DNA of 64,000 bases from the human T2T-CHM13v2.0 reference genome, Homo sapiens. How positions within the stretch are numbered: position 1 is the first letter of the stretch; the number at the start of each line of letters is the position of its first letter. Below the pieces are notes generated by a model. It had not been told where the DNA came from, ran no database searches, and saw only the letters and a program-made list of their open reading frames with translations. The stretch lies in NCBI RefSeq assembly GCF_009914755.1, contig NC_060938.1, one strand, 5' to 3'. Shown piece after piece: positions 1 through 13,749 of this stretch. The translations under genes and the position numbers were made by a program.

Positions 1-100
1 ATTTCACTCAGGCTGGTCTCAAACTCCTGGCACCAAATGATCCTCCTTCCTTACCCTCCCAACATGCTAGGATTACAGGCCTGAGCCACCACAACCAGCC
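1..100 (-). mobile_element. Alu left arm (AluJ/FLAM-like), cut by window edge
   Basis: ggctggtctcaaactcctgg...gattacaggcctgagccacc...cagcc is the reverse complement of the Alu 5' end. Confidence 0.9.
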
Positions 101-102
101 CA

Positions 103-315
103 GCTAACGTTTATCAAGTATTTATCAAGCACTTCCTGTGCATCTGGAAGTGTACTAAGTATTTAACATTCTTTATCTTACTTAATCCTCATGATCTCTA
201 TTATCTTCATTTTATAGATGAGGAAATCGAAGAATAAGAAGTTAAGGAACTTGGCCAGGGTTACGTGGTCACATAGCTGGGTAGCAAAGGACTCAAACCC
301 AGGTCTGACACTCCG
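103..315 (-). mobile_element. MIR SINE
   Basis: MIR core, reverse complement: cattttatagatgaggaaatcga...gttaaggaacttggccagggt...actcaaacccaggtctgac. Confidence 0.85.
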
Positions 316-506
316 GTACATTGTACATCCTTGTTGAAACCTGCTGCTGGAAGAGGGGCTGGGAAGAAGCCACAAGATCTGACAAACTTCAATAAAGGAA
401 GGCAGGACAACTTCCTTATATATTATAGCCAAAAGTAGTAATACTAAAAGTGAAACATAAATTGAAAATAACAATAAAAATAATGCCTATTATAAAACTA
501 CATCTA

Positions 507-860
<354 letters not shown>

Positions 861-949
861 CTACAATGAAAAGAATTAAAGCACTTTATACAAATGCATA
901 AAGCTATACCAAACCAACCAATTTCTCCTGTGAGACAAGAAAATTGACT

Positions 950-1055
950 TTCTTTTTTTTTCTTCGAGACAGGGTCTCATTCTGTCACCCAGGCTGGAGT
1001 GCAGTGGCACAATCATGGCTCACTATAGCCTTGAAGTCCTGGGCTCAAGTAATCT
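950..1055 (-). mobile_element. AluJ right-arm fragment
   Basis: polyT then gagacagggtctc...ggctggagtgcagtggc...cctgggctcaagt. Confidence 0.9.
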
Positions 1056-2587
1056 ATTTAACATTTCTAAAGTCATGGATGTTTGGAATCTATTGGGAAA
1101 TATTGCATCTTCATAATGAATGTAATGATTTCTATTCTAGAACAGCAGATAATGGATAATGCAAAAACCACTTGTATTTCCTTTAATGTACATTTTGTTA
1201 TTTTTGTAGCAACAGATTTACCTTCCTATTGACTGTTGCTTATTCAAACTAGTGAATCGGTTTGTTTGCCCTGAGTGCAAACCAATGGAGCAAGTCGGGG
1301 AGTGTTCGAACATTCAGAAGTACGAATGTGCCGGGTGACAATAAACACATACTTCCTGCAGAGATTAGTTAGTGCAGAAGACTGGACTTGGTATTCTTTG
1401 GAGACACTGAAGAAGTCCCAGCCCTTATGGAATTAATGGTCTAGTCATAGAGACAGACTATGCACATATAAAATACCTTACATTTTTGAGGCAACACGTT
1501 AAGAAAAAGAAAAAAAGATAAAATATGAAATATAAGCACAAAAGCTTTAAGTATATGCAAAGAATAGAATGATTAGAACGAAGATATAACTAGTAGGTGA
1601 AGATTTTTGAATCAACTTTATATGACACCTTCCTAAGATGAAAAGCTTATGAAAGATAATTCCTAACACCTAGTCTAAGTTGAATAAAGATTGCCACTTG
1701 ATTTTTTTTGTGTGTTAAATATACCAAGAGACGTACATGGTCCTCCATCAGAGGAGTTACAAAGTGAACTCCGCTTTTTCCTTTAGCAAGCAGAAAAGAC
1801 TTTCAATAGTTCTTGGTTTCTCTTTGTGAAATAAATATTCCAATGCTTTTCTTAGACATTGAAGACTAAAAATGCCATATGTAAATTGCCTTTCATTCTA
1901 CACACATTTGAATTTACTTGAGCAGAGGAGCACGGATATAAAAAATCTTAATTTAATATGCGTTTTAGGATAAATAGCTATTAATTCTATTATATTACAT
2001 CAAATAAGAAGTTGGATGACTTATGGCCAGAGATGGAAATGTCATTATATAATGACACACAAATAAAATGGAAACTTACAATATAAAATAAGTTCCTTTA
2101 ACTGCAGAAGAAACTGAACATATCATAGTGTTTTTCAATATAGAGTGGCTTTCACTTCATCTTTGCACATAGAAGTTCAGAAATTAACTACTGTAACAGC
2201 CAGCTGCTTTTTTTTTTTTTTTTTTGCTGTGAGCCTGTCTCTCAACCCAGTCATTGCAAATTCTGTTATATTTTCTATTATAAATGTCTTCAAATCCCAA
2301 ACTTTGTAATCCTGGCATGATTCATAATGACCAGATAGCTGTAAAAGAAATCCCACAGGATACATTTCTGTCTCCTGAATTTCCACTCAGCTCTTTTTTT
2401 TAATATCTGTGCAAGATAGAGAGGTGGATCTAACTCATTATTACAGTGCAGCCTCAGCGTAAGGATCTCATATCATGAGAATACTCATCTGATTTCACTG
2501 GCTGTTAATGGAAACAGTCACAAGTGAGCAGTGGAGAAGGGTCAACCCAAGGGTGTAAGCTGACCTCCACACCCTTTAAAAAAACAT

Positions 2588-2622
2588 GCACACACACACA
2601 TACACACACACACACATACACA
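2588..2622. repeat. Imperfect (CA)n microsatellite
   Basis: CA repeat with TA interruptions, read directly. Confidence 0.85.
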
Positions 2623-2718
2623 TGCCATCCCTCCCTCACTCCAGCTCCACTTTTGCCCTTTTAACATATTGGATATTTGTGTACTATTTCCTTTGAACAA
2701 AGTATTCCACCACTTAAG

Positions 2719-3549
<831 letters not shown>

Positions 3550-3633
3550 AAGAAAATAGTTTTTAAAACCATTGCTCTGAAAGATGGGGTATAATGACTT
3601 AGAAGCATCCTAACTTAAAACCACTGCATTTCA

Positions 3634-4026
<393 letters not shown>

Positions 4027-4996
4027 TTAAAGGGTGGTGTTTAGTGGGTCACAAATCTTAATCTTTATTTCTGAAAAAGAAGAAAGGCAATCAAGGGACT
4101 CCACTTACAACTTAATTTGTCTAAATCAAAATTGTTTGAATGAATTTAAGAATATGAAAGCGTAAAATTGTCACCTCATCAAACTTATTTGTACTTTCCA
4201 GGATTGTACCCTTGTGCACATGTAAACCTACCACAATGAGCTCAGTCCAGTTTTCTAAGCGTTGTCTCCATCAAGCATCGTGTTTCGTTTTTGAGGCTCA
4301 CTCTGATTGGATGTTGCCGCAGTACCAGTTCTCTTAGGAGAAGACCCTTGTCAAAGGCAGACACACAGATTAACTTGAAAATACTGAAACCTTTCATTCT
4401 AAGCATTGTACAGAAATTGAATTCAGCAGAAGAACTTTGAAACAATCTATTTTTTTACCCAAAATGTTTGTGATATTTAATAAAAATAACTAATAGAGCA
4501 TTACAGTTCCAAAGGGCTCTATCATTAGCCATTAGCTCATTTGATCCTCCCATCAGATGGACAGACACCATTATATTACAAACTGAAACTAGGAGAAGAA
4601 GGAGGTTAATTTGACAGAAACTCAGATTTTCTGACCCCAAATCTCCCAAAGGGAACAAGCTCACCTCTGATTTAAAGTTCCACATACTTTGATTCAAGAA
4701 CAGTATTATAATTTTGATATCTTATTAACTCTATGGGCAAAACTTCCCCTCTCTCAATGTATTTATTTGACTTGCTTTCCGTGGAGTGAAAGGTGGAAGG
4801 GAGAAGGAGACAAAAGAGAGCATTTTGCTGGGAATGTAGATAAATATGACAAGTGTGTTCCTAAGTCCATGAAAATGTTCACCAGTTCCTCCCATTATTT
4901 ATTAGAAATGGAGTCAGTTGGGTATGTATATATAAGAATAAGGCAAGCTGAAAGCATCAAAATGTTTTCAAAATTCAATATAAGGACTTGGAGGCC

Positions 4997-5379
4997 TGGT
5001 GTGGTTTGGCTTCATGTCTCCACCCAAATTTCATGTTGAATTGTAATCCCCAATGTTGGGGGAAGAATCTGGTGGGAGGTGATTGGATCATGGGGGTGGA
5101 TTTCCCCTTTTCTCTTCTCATAATAGTGAGTGAGTTCTCACAAGATCTGGTTGTTTGAAAGTGTGTAGCACTTCCTCTTCACTCTCTCTCTCCTGTCAGC
5201 CATGTGAATATGTGCCTGCTTCCCCTTCGCTTTCCACCGTGATTGTAAGTTTTCTGAGGCCTCCCCAGAAGCAGAAGCCTGTACAGCCCACAGAACCATA
5301 AGCTAATTAAAACCTCTTTTCTTAAAAATTACCCAGTCTCAGGTATGTATGTATAGCAGTGTGAGAATGGACTAATACG
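4997..5379 (+). mobile_element. MaLR solo LTR (MSTA-like)
   Basis: tggtttgg...cacccaaatttcatgttgaattgtaatcccc through acccagtctcaggtat...gagaatggactaatac. Confidence 0.9.
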
Positions 5380-5719
5380 GTGCCCAAATGCTATTGCAGA
5401 ATTATGGCAATTAAGTCCTTAAAAGCCATCTTATTTCATTGACAGTGAGCAATGATGTATCTGAGCCGATTTATGTGACTGAGGAAAAAAACATCTCAAT
5501 TTATACTTATAATGGATATTTTGACTACATTGGCTCATATTTTCTAATCAGTCACTAACCAGGCAAATTCAATGAATCAAGTTACTAATATGTAGTAATA
5601 GCCAATGGTGTGTGACATCATACACAACTAGTTTAAAAACAAAAGAACTTAGAAATTAAAAATTATAATATTCAATTTAGAGCGTAGGAATAAATTTTAT
5701 TAGTTTACTTTTTAAAATT

Positions 5720-6205
5720 ATTTTGAAAATGTGACACATTACATGGTAATAGAAAAAATTCAAACAGTACAAAAATATACACAGTAAAATCTTGGTCTCC
5801 CACCTCCCATCACTGGGCTCCCATTCCTAGAGGTAACTGCCTGTTAGGTGCTTCTTGTTCATTCTTCGAGAATGAATCATATGCATAGATGTATATTTTC
5901 TTTTTATTTACACAAATATGATAGCATGCTGTACACATTATTCTACACCTTGCATTTTGCCCTTAATATGTCTTGGAGGTTAGCCCATGTCTATACATAT
6001 GGAACCAACTCACTCTTTTTAACCAGTTGCATAGTAGTATTTGTATGGCTGCACTATCAATAAAAAAAAAATATGCTCTATGGATGGGCCATAGGTTATT
6101 CTTTAGACTTTTGCTGTAGTGAACTTGAAAAAAATACTGTAGTGAATATGCTTCAACATGTGTCTTTATACACATATATATTCGTAAGATAAATTCCTAA
6201 AATAA
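5720..6205 (-). mobile_element. Old L1 (L1ME-like) 3' fragment
   Basis: Motifs typical of L1M 3' end reverse complement (ttcaaacagtacaaaa, cctagaggtaactgc, ttctacaccttgc, tggatgggccataggttatt). Confidence 0.65.
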
Positions 6206-7914
6206 ATATTTTACTCGTAGCATGTTGTTTATCTGACAATGTCTAACATTACTTAATTATTTCAACTAAAAGCTACTCCAAAAAGATTTACATTCAGAAA
6301 GAAAGGAATGAGGAGGAAGTGTTAATCTTATCTTCCTTCACAAGGACAACATAGAAATGAAAGCCTTTTCCAAGAAATGTAGTTGTTTGGTTTTGGGGTT
6401 TTTTCATGGGCAATGTTGGAAGGTCACAAAGAAGAATGGGATAATTTCTATCATTTGAGGCCTAGTCACTCATTAAGACCTCTGGGAGAAAGGCTATCAG
6501 AACAGTAATCCACAAAGCTTCTTTCTTCCTTAAGGTTTTATCTCTCTCACCACCTCTAATGCATGCTGGCACAAAGTGGCTGAAATGATATATGCTATAA
6601 TACATATATAGAGAGATTTCTTTTCCAAATCACAAACAGTGGTCTGTGCAGAGAAAAACTTCCTCATCCAGATATGAGACTTCTTATTCCTCAAGGGTCT
6701 CCCTGAGCCCTGAAAAAAGATAAGAAGAAATTAGACATATCTGACACTTCTCCATCTTAGGAAGCAATTTTGCAGGCAGAACCAAACTTTCCCAGTAACA
6801 TTCCACTGCCATTGTAAAACTCTCCCAGCTTAGCTGAAAATTCCCCAGATTTTAAGGTGTTCAAATAAAGGAAGGGTCTGGGTGAGAATAATGTTTGCAT
6901 GAGATAAAATGTAAAACCCCATCTATTCTTTCTTTTCACATACACAAAAAAATTAAAATTACCTAGCATATTTTTCTAGCCAACTGCCAAAAACCTGAGA
7001 TGGAGCTTTTTGTCTTGCTCTCGACTACTGATGCTGGCTTCCTTCGAGGCAATTCAGGACAGCATCTGCCTAACCTCATGTTTCACTGAAATACAGGTTC
7101 TGAAAAGCAGCCTGAAGATGACATTCTGGGAAGAAGAACGATGTTGCATGCGGCGGGGGAGGGATGGGAGGCAGGAGAAAGGGAGGTGTCTGAGCGGTGT
7201 TAATGCAAATGTATTCCCTGGGCTTATTCACTGGCAAACTCAGTGGACACCCAGCCATTTGAATCTGGGCCAGCGAGTTTGGCTCCTCTTCTGCTGGCAG
7301 AGCACGAGCCCAGCACAGCATCCTGCTGCTGTTGGCATGTAGACAGCTGTCTTTCTTCATCTCACTCTCCCCACCACCGCGGCACACTCAACAGGTGTTG
7401 CCAGGGACACAGTGTGTTTGGCAGCTGTCAACTTTCAATAATCATCTCTGTAGCATATCCCTTTCTGTTCTCTCACCCCAGTTCTTCCCTCGCTCCCCAC
7501 CCTCTTAAAAACCCCAGCACCATTTGGGCCTTTGCAAAGTGCAGAGTTAGGCAAAGATGCTGATCAAGGCTCAACATGATCTGGATAGAGAAGCCCTGCC
7601 TGGGCCCCAGCCTAAGTGTGGCTGGGATTGCTACAAGATGCAGGCCTTTGGGATTGATCCAATTATTCTTTTTTACTCCCCCTTTTGAGGTAAACTGGTT
7701 TTGTTGTTTGGTTTTGCTTTTTATTTTATTTTTTTAATTAAGCCAATATTCCTGAAGGTTTAGTTTGCAGCCAAACACAATCTGTTGGTGATGCAGATTT
7801 TCACCTTGTGGAAATTGTATTAACCATCATCGTCATCATCATCCTCATCATCTGTATTTATGACATGCACCCAGGATATTTATATCTGTGTTCTTTTTTT
7901 CTTGCAGAGGGGTT

Positions 7915-8037
7915 AAATTTTTACTATTATTTTGTTTGACAAAGATAAATTGTATATGTTTATGGTGTATGTGATGTTTCAAAATATGTCTATATTGTGG
8001 GATGGCTAAATGAAGCTAATTAACTGTGTATTACCTC
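7915..8037 (-). mobile_element. L1MA (L1MA8-like) extreme 3' end
   Basis: aattgtatatgtttatggtgtat...attgtgggatggctaaatgaagctaattaac...attacctc. Confidence 0.75.
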
Positions 8038-8094
8038 TGAGGTAAACTGCTAACCCGTTTTTTCCTGACCTTAAATCCTTCAATTTTTCATTAG

Positions 8095-8435
8095 TAATTT
8101 TGAATTCCAGCTCCTCCCCTTATAATCTGTGTGCTCTTAATCACATTCTTTAACTTTTTTCCGTGTGTGTCTTCCCCCCCCCCCCCCCCCCGCCCCTTTT
8201 TGTGGAGAACAAGGTTTTGCTACATTAGGGAGGTCTCAAACTCCTAGACTCAAGCCATCCTCCCACCTCTGCCTCCCTAAGTGCTAGGAGGTGTGAGCCA
8301 CCATGCCTGGCCCATTCTTTAGCTTTTCAAGCCTCAATTTTCTTATCTGAAAAATGAAGACAATATGTGCCATCTATAGCAATGAGATAAAGTAGACAAA
8401 ATACTTAACACTAAGTGCCCAGTATATGCTGATGA
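8095..8435 (+). mobile_element. MIR, interrupted by a FLAM
   Basis: tgaattccagctc...; resumes after 8313 with gcctcaattttcttatctgaaaaatg. Confidence 0.65.
8159..8312 (-). mobile_element. FLAM (free left Alu monomer) with C18 run in the tail
   Basis: Monomer only; TSD cattcttta(a/g)ctttt at 8144-8158 and 8313-8327. Confidence 0.88.
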
Positions 8436-8669
8436 TTCCCTTCCTCCCCCATCTCCTCTTGAGCTTCATCCTTAAAAGCCCCAGGCTTTAACTACTGCCC
8501 TTGAGCTCTCAAAGACATGAGGCCCTGCTCACGTTCAGCATGTGATGGACGCTTGAAATGGTCCTTGTCTGGGGCTCCTTCCGGTTCTGGTTCTTATCAA
8601 AGTCAGAGCCAAAAAATATGCTGGCCCCTGTAGGTCTGCAGGAGATGCCAAATAAATGTTTTCAAAAGG

Positions 8670-9200
8670 CAGGAATATACAGCTATTTATTACAGTCTTG
8701 TTTATAATTCTAAATATTGGAAACCCGTAAATGTTCATCAGTGAAGAAATGGAGGAGGAAATATTTATTTGATGGCACTCTATGCAGCAGGTGAAGTTAG
8801 TCAGCTAGACCATTTACTTAGGCACATGTATCCCTTACTATGTATGAGAAACTTCATAAATATTAACTCATTTCAACCTCTCAACAGCTCAGTGTGGTAG
8901 AGACCATTATTTTCATCATATTTGTTGATGAAGAAACTGAGACACAGAGAAGCCGAGCCCTTTGATGTGTACAACATGGGTAGGTCTCACAAACATGTTA
9001 CCAGAGTAATACATGTGTCACAGAATTAATGTAAATTCCAAAAATCCACAAGAAAATATGTTATTCATGTATACCCATGTATAGTAAAATTATAAAAACA
9101 AGGACAGGAAGAATACACACCAAGTTCATGCTGTAGTTGCTTCAAATGAGGGGGAAGGAGGATGGGTCAGGAGAAAGCACGGAGAAGAACTCACTGCATC
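8670..9200 (+). mobile_element. L1ME-like fragment split by a minus-strand MIR (about 8812-8957)
   Basis: L1 motifs ttggaaacccgtaaatgttcatca and acaacatgggtaggtctcacaaacat; MIR core gatgaagaaactgagacacagaga. Confidence 0.6.
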
Positions 9201-9205
9201 TGTAG

Positions 9206-9540
<335 letters not shown>

Positions 9541-9962
9541 CCATTTATTTTATTTTTAAAAGGACATGTTAAAATGAGATAGTTCTGCATAACACAATAC
9601 ACTGTTTTTAAGTATACTTTTCTCTATACCTCTCTTTTTTTAAATTGTAAAACATAATACCCATACAGGAAAAGATAAACAATATATTTGTAATATTTAT
9701 AAAACAGTTATTAAACAAACAGCATGTAACCACCATCCAGGTCAAGAAAGAGAATGTGAGTGGGGGCCCTTCCCCAGTCGTAACCTCCTTCTGCGCCACC
9801 CAGAAGCAAGCACGCAAGCGCCACCCTGAGTTCTGTGATGCTAATTGTCTCATTTCTCCCTAGAATTCCATCCTTTATGTCTTCATCCTAAACAATATAG
9901 TCCAGTTGTCCCAATTTCTGAACTGTAATAAGTAGGATCATATAGTATGTATACTTAAAAAA

Positions 9963-10254
9963 TATTTTGTTGAGACAGGGTCTTTCTCCGTTGCCCAGGC
10001 TGGAGTGCAGTGGCACTATCATAGATCACTGCAAGCTTGAACTCCTGGCCTCGAGTGATCCTCCTACTTCAGCCTCCTGAGAAGCTGGGAACATGGGCAC
10101 CTGCCCCCAGGTCCAGCTAATTTTTAAATTTTTTTGTAGAGATGGCATCTTGCTGTGTTGTCTAGGCTGGTCTTGAACCCCTAGGCTCAAGCAATTCACC
10201 CACCTTGACCTCTCAAAGTGCTGGAATTACAAGCATGAGCCACCAAAGGCAGCC
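9963..10254 (-). mobile_element. AluJ
   Basis: Dimeric Alu with J diagnostics. Confidence 0.93.
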
Positions 10255-10281
10255 CATGTAATATGCATGTGTGTATTCTTT

Positions 10282-10573
10282 GTGTTGTTTTTTTTGAGAC
10301 AGGGTCTCACTCTGTCACCCAGGTTGGAGTGCAGTGAGGTGAACACAGCTCACTGCAGTCTCAACTTCCCGAGCTCAATTGATCCTCCCATCTCAGCCTC
10401 CTGAGTATCTGGAACTGCAGATGCACACCACCGTCCCCAACTAACTTTGTATTTTTTGCAGAAATGGGGTTTCACCATGTTCCCCAGGTTGGTCTTGAAC
10501 TCATGGGCTCAAGCGATCCACCCTCAGCCTCCCAAAGTTCTGGGATTACAGGCAGGATACACTGTGCCTAGCC
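10282..10573 (-). mobile_element. AluJ
   Basis: Dimeric Alu; flanking repeat atgtgtgtattcttt on both sides. Confidence 0.93.
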
Positions 10574-11721
10574 CATATGGTGTGTATGTGTGTATTCTTT
10601 TGTGTCTTTCTTTTGCTCAACATTGTATTTGTGAGATTTATCCGCATTGTTCCCTGCTCATTTTCATTGCCAAATAGATTTCACATTTAGTTATCCTTGC
10701 CTCTCTTCACTAACATTTAAGTTGATTGCTCTGTAATTTTCAAGCTTAAAAGAAAGGCAGATGTTTCCTCCAACAGATATCCAGGAACGAATATCTTCAG
10801 ATGGCTCCTCAGCTCAGCTTTCAGAAATGATGAGAACAGCCTTAATTGTTTCGCCATGAAAAGAATTTGTGTTTGGACTTACCATTGATGTATTTTGTTT
10901 CTTATTCACTTCCCTTAGTCAACAGCTTGCTTTTCTCCGTTACTTTATTTGCCTGACACGGTTACACGGTGAAGCTGTAGTTCAGAAAGGGATCATCAAG
11001 GCTCTCATCTGATCCACGCCCTGTGTCTTACACATAAGGAAACACACGTTGTCTTGTGGCTCACTTTTAAATACATTTTAGTAGCTCTGAGACCTATAGA
11101 CGGTAACTTGGCGATTGGAATAGGAGTTTTAAATGTTCTGTTGTCTCTGGCAGCTGGTTAATCGTATGTTTAAGAATAAAGTGTTGCCAGCATTTCTCTG
11201 CAGCGCAAATCTACTCCATATGAGACGAATACTGAGTGTCACAGAGATGTTGTCAAACGTCTAAATGAATTTTCCCCTCCTCATTATTAATCTCTGTACA
11301 GCATTGCATTTAAAAAACCACCCCAGGCCTCAGTAGTGAGGAGGGAAGAGCCCACAAAACAGTGTTATTCTCCCCAGCACATGCTAGTAATCAGGCCAAG
11401 CAGCAGAGACATTTCTGCATTGTAAGGACCTCGGTGATGCTGTAAAAGGCATCTTCCCACTCTCCAGTATTTCCATTAATATGTAAAAGCTTAAGCTTGC
11501 TAAAAGGATTATTGCACGTCCTATCTGATGGTAAACTGGCATTGCAATGATTACATGTATCTTTTTGTCATTTTCTCGTAAAACATCTTACTCTTCAAGA
11601 GTATAATTGGCCTCTTATTAATGTTAAAGATTAATTGGCATAAACGTAACACATTGCTTTAAATGAAAGTCATATTTGCAATCTTTAGGGTCTTGAATTC
11701 ATGCTTTACAGCATGGCCATC

Positions 11722-11800
11722 ATATATATATATATATATATAAATATATATAACATACACATATACATATAACATGTATAAATATATATAATATATAATA
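11722..11800. repeat. (TA)n-rich microsatellite
   Basis: Read directly; abuts the Tigger TA target site. Confidence 0.9.
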
Positions 11801-12105
11801 CAGTCAGTCCTCTGTATCCGCAGGTTCCACATCTGCAGATTCAACCAACTCTGGTTCAAAAGTGTTCAGAAAAAGCAATAAAACATAACAATACAACAAT
11901 GAAATAGTATAAATTTTAAAATACAGTATAACAACTATTTACATCGCATTTACATAGTATTAGACATTGTAAGTAAGCTAGACATGACTTAAAGTATACA
12001 GGAAGATGTGAGTAGGTTATATACAAACGCTACGCCATTTTGTGTAAGAGATGAACACCCATGGATTTTGGTATCCTTGGGTGTCCAGGAACTGAGGGAC
12101 AGCTA
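11801..12105. mobile_element. Tigger3a/MER2-type non-autonomous DNA transposon
   Basis: Termini cagtcagtcctctgtatccg and actgagggacagct, TA flanks, internal aatacagtataacaactatttaca. Confidence 0.88.
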
Positions 12106-12114
12106 TATGTCATA

Positions 12115-13110
12115 TGTTCTGGTAACAAGAAGCACAAATTCCACAAGAGGGTCATTAAGTGTGATAGTGGAAATGCCCTAACCTCCACCCTTACTTCTCA
12201 AATATTCTAGCTATTGGAGATAAAGTACCATATACCATCCCATGGTTCAGTACATATACCATTTCCCAGAAGACAGTGCCGCAACCATGCAAAGTATCCC
12301 CAGTTCAACCCACACCTTAGATGAACCTTCCAAAGACTCATCTACCGTTTAATCGCAGGCTACTTCTGTATTTCTGGGTGATGAAGCACACCATTATTCT
12401 TTGGTCATGAGTCTATTTTCATATCTCTTTTGCCAGAAAATGGGTCACTTGGCCTAAGACCATTTGTGGGAGAAATGATATGGATGGATCAGATGGTGAT
12501 GATAGTGGAGGCCCTGCAGGAAGGCGAGGCAGACCAACATTCAAAGTATGTACTCATTACAATAAGGCTGAATTCCACCCCTCCCAGGTAAAGAGGTCAA
12601 ATGCAGGTAACCTACCAACAAGTGGCTGGCTGGTTTCTCTGAGGAATAGTGCAGATGGAACACTCAGTGTCTGTCTCCATTGCTGGCAGTTTGGACTCAG
12701 CAGTGGCAGCAGCTAGGTGAGCTTTAATGAGACAGACCCATGTTATTGGGCCCAGGTACAACTTCAATCCCTTCTACAATGGCCACTGAATTCATGGGGA
12801 CACTAAGCAAGCATGAAGATGGCTAGGGGAAAAGGCTAGTCGGCCTCTACTGGATGGGTAGACTCCTCAACTGTTTGTGAAGAGCCTCATCCACGGTAAG
12901 GTGCCCTCTGGATGATATTCACAAGGACTCAAAGGTACACACATTTTGTGCCACTCCCACAGGGTTTTCACATGCCTCTTACCCAGACTGACCTATTGCC
13001 AGTCTTCCAGTCCTGTTCCTTCTGGAGCACTCACTAGCCAACCAAACTATTTTCCATGGCCTGTGAGCCTATGTACATACCCCGAATATATGTCAGGTTA
13101 CTCCTCCCCT
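12115..13110 (-). pseudogene. Decayed ERV-L-type pol (RNase H C-terminal part and integrase core)
   Basis: Hand translation: YIGSQAMENSLVG**VLQKEQDWKTGNRSVWVRGM; HEFSGH; TIPQRNQPATCW; GDTLHGCGTVFWEMVYVLNHGMVYGTLSPIARI; all resemble HERV-L Pol as recalled; many stops and frameshifts. Confidence 0.88.
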
Positions 13111-13129
13111 GACACAGAGTGTAATTAGG

Positions 13130-13740
13130 AGGCCATAACTAATACTCATCATCCCCTTCTTCTACCACCCATTTCGAATTCCCTTCACCTTTCTGTTAAT
13201 CTAGGCACACCTCACCCCTCACCAATTCTGCTGCCCTAGGCAGCTTGTCTGGTGAAGTGATCCCGACTCTCATCTTTAAGGCTATAACTACTGTATTTGT
13301 CCATTTATTGTTAAAATTAGGCATAGAAGCATCCAGAGCCAGGGCCGGGCAGGGGGCTCATGCCTATAATCCAGCACTTTGGGAGACCAAGGTGGGTATA
13401 CCGCTTGATCCCAGGAATTCAAGACCAGCCTGGGCAACATCGGCTGACCCCCCCTCCCCACCAACCGTCTCTACAAAAAATACAAAAAAATTAGCTGGGC
13501 ATGGTGGGGCACGCCTGTGGTCTCGGCTACTTGGGAGGCTGAAGTGGGAGGATCACCTGATCATGCTGAGATCATGCCATTGCACTCCAGCCCGGGTGAT
13601 GGAGTGAGACCCCACCTCAGAAAAAAAAAAAAAAATCCAGAGCCACACCAGTGGTTATACTGAGCACCAACCACATTCTTCCCTTGCCCCATTGTGTGCA
13701 ACAGTGCTACCTGCTCCTGCTAATTAGCTATCTCATAGCT
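13130..13740 (-). pseudogene. ERV-L-type dUTPase end and Pol C-terminal tail (split by Alu)
   Basis: HNGAREECGW..PLVWLWMLLCLILTINGQIQ; MRVGITSPDKLPRAAEL; GEGNSKWVVEEGDDEY. Confidence 0.8.
13343..13635 (+). mobile_element. AluJ inserted in the ERV
   Basis: TSD atccagagcca; internal C-rich insertion and right-arm deletion. Confidence 0.93.
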
Positions 13741-13749
13741 TCCTGAAAG

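Larger units (their letters stand above)
9630..10730 (-). mobile_element. L1ME-like 3' fragment interrupted by two AluJ
   Basis: catgtaaccaccatccaggtcaagaaa...ggatcatatagtatgta; resumes with ttttgctcaacattgtatttgtgagattt. Confidence 0.7.
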
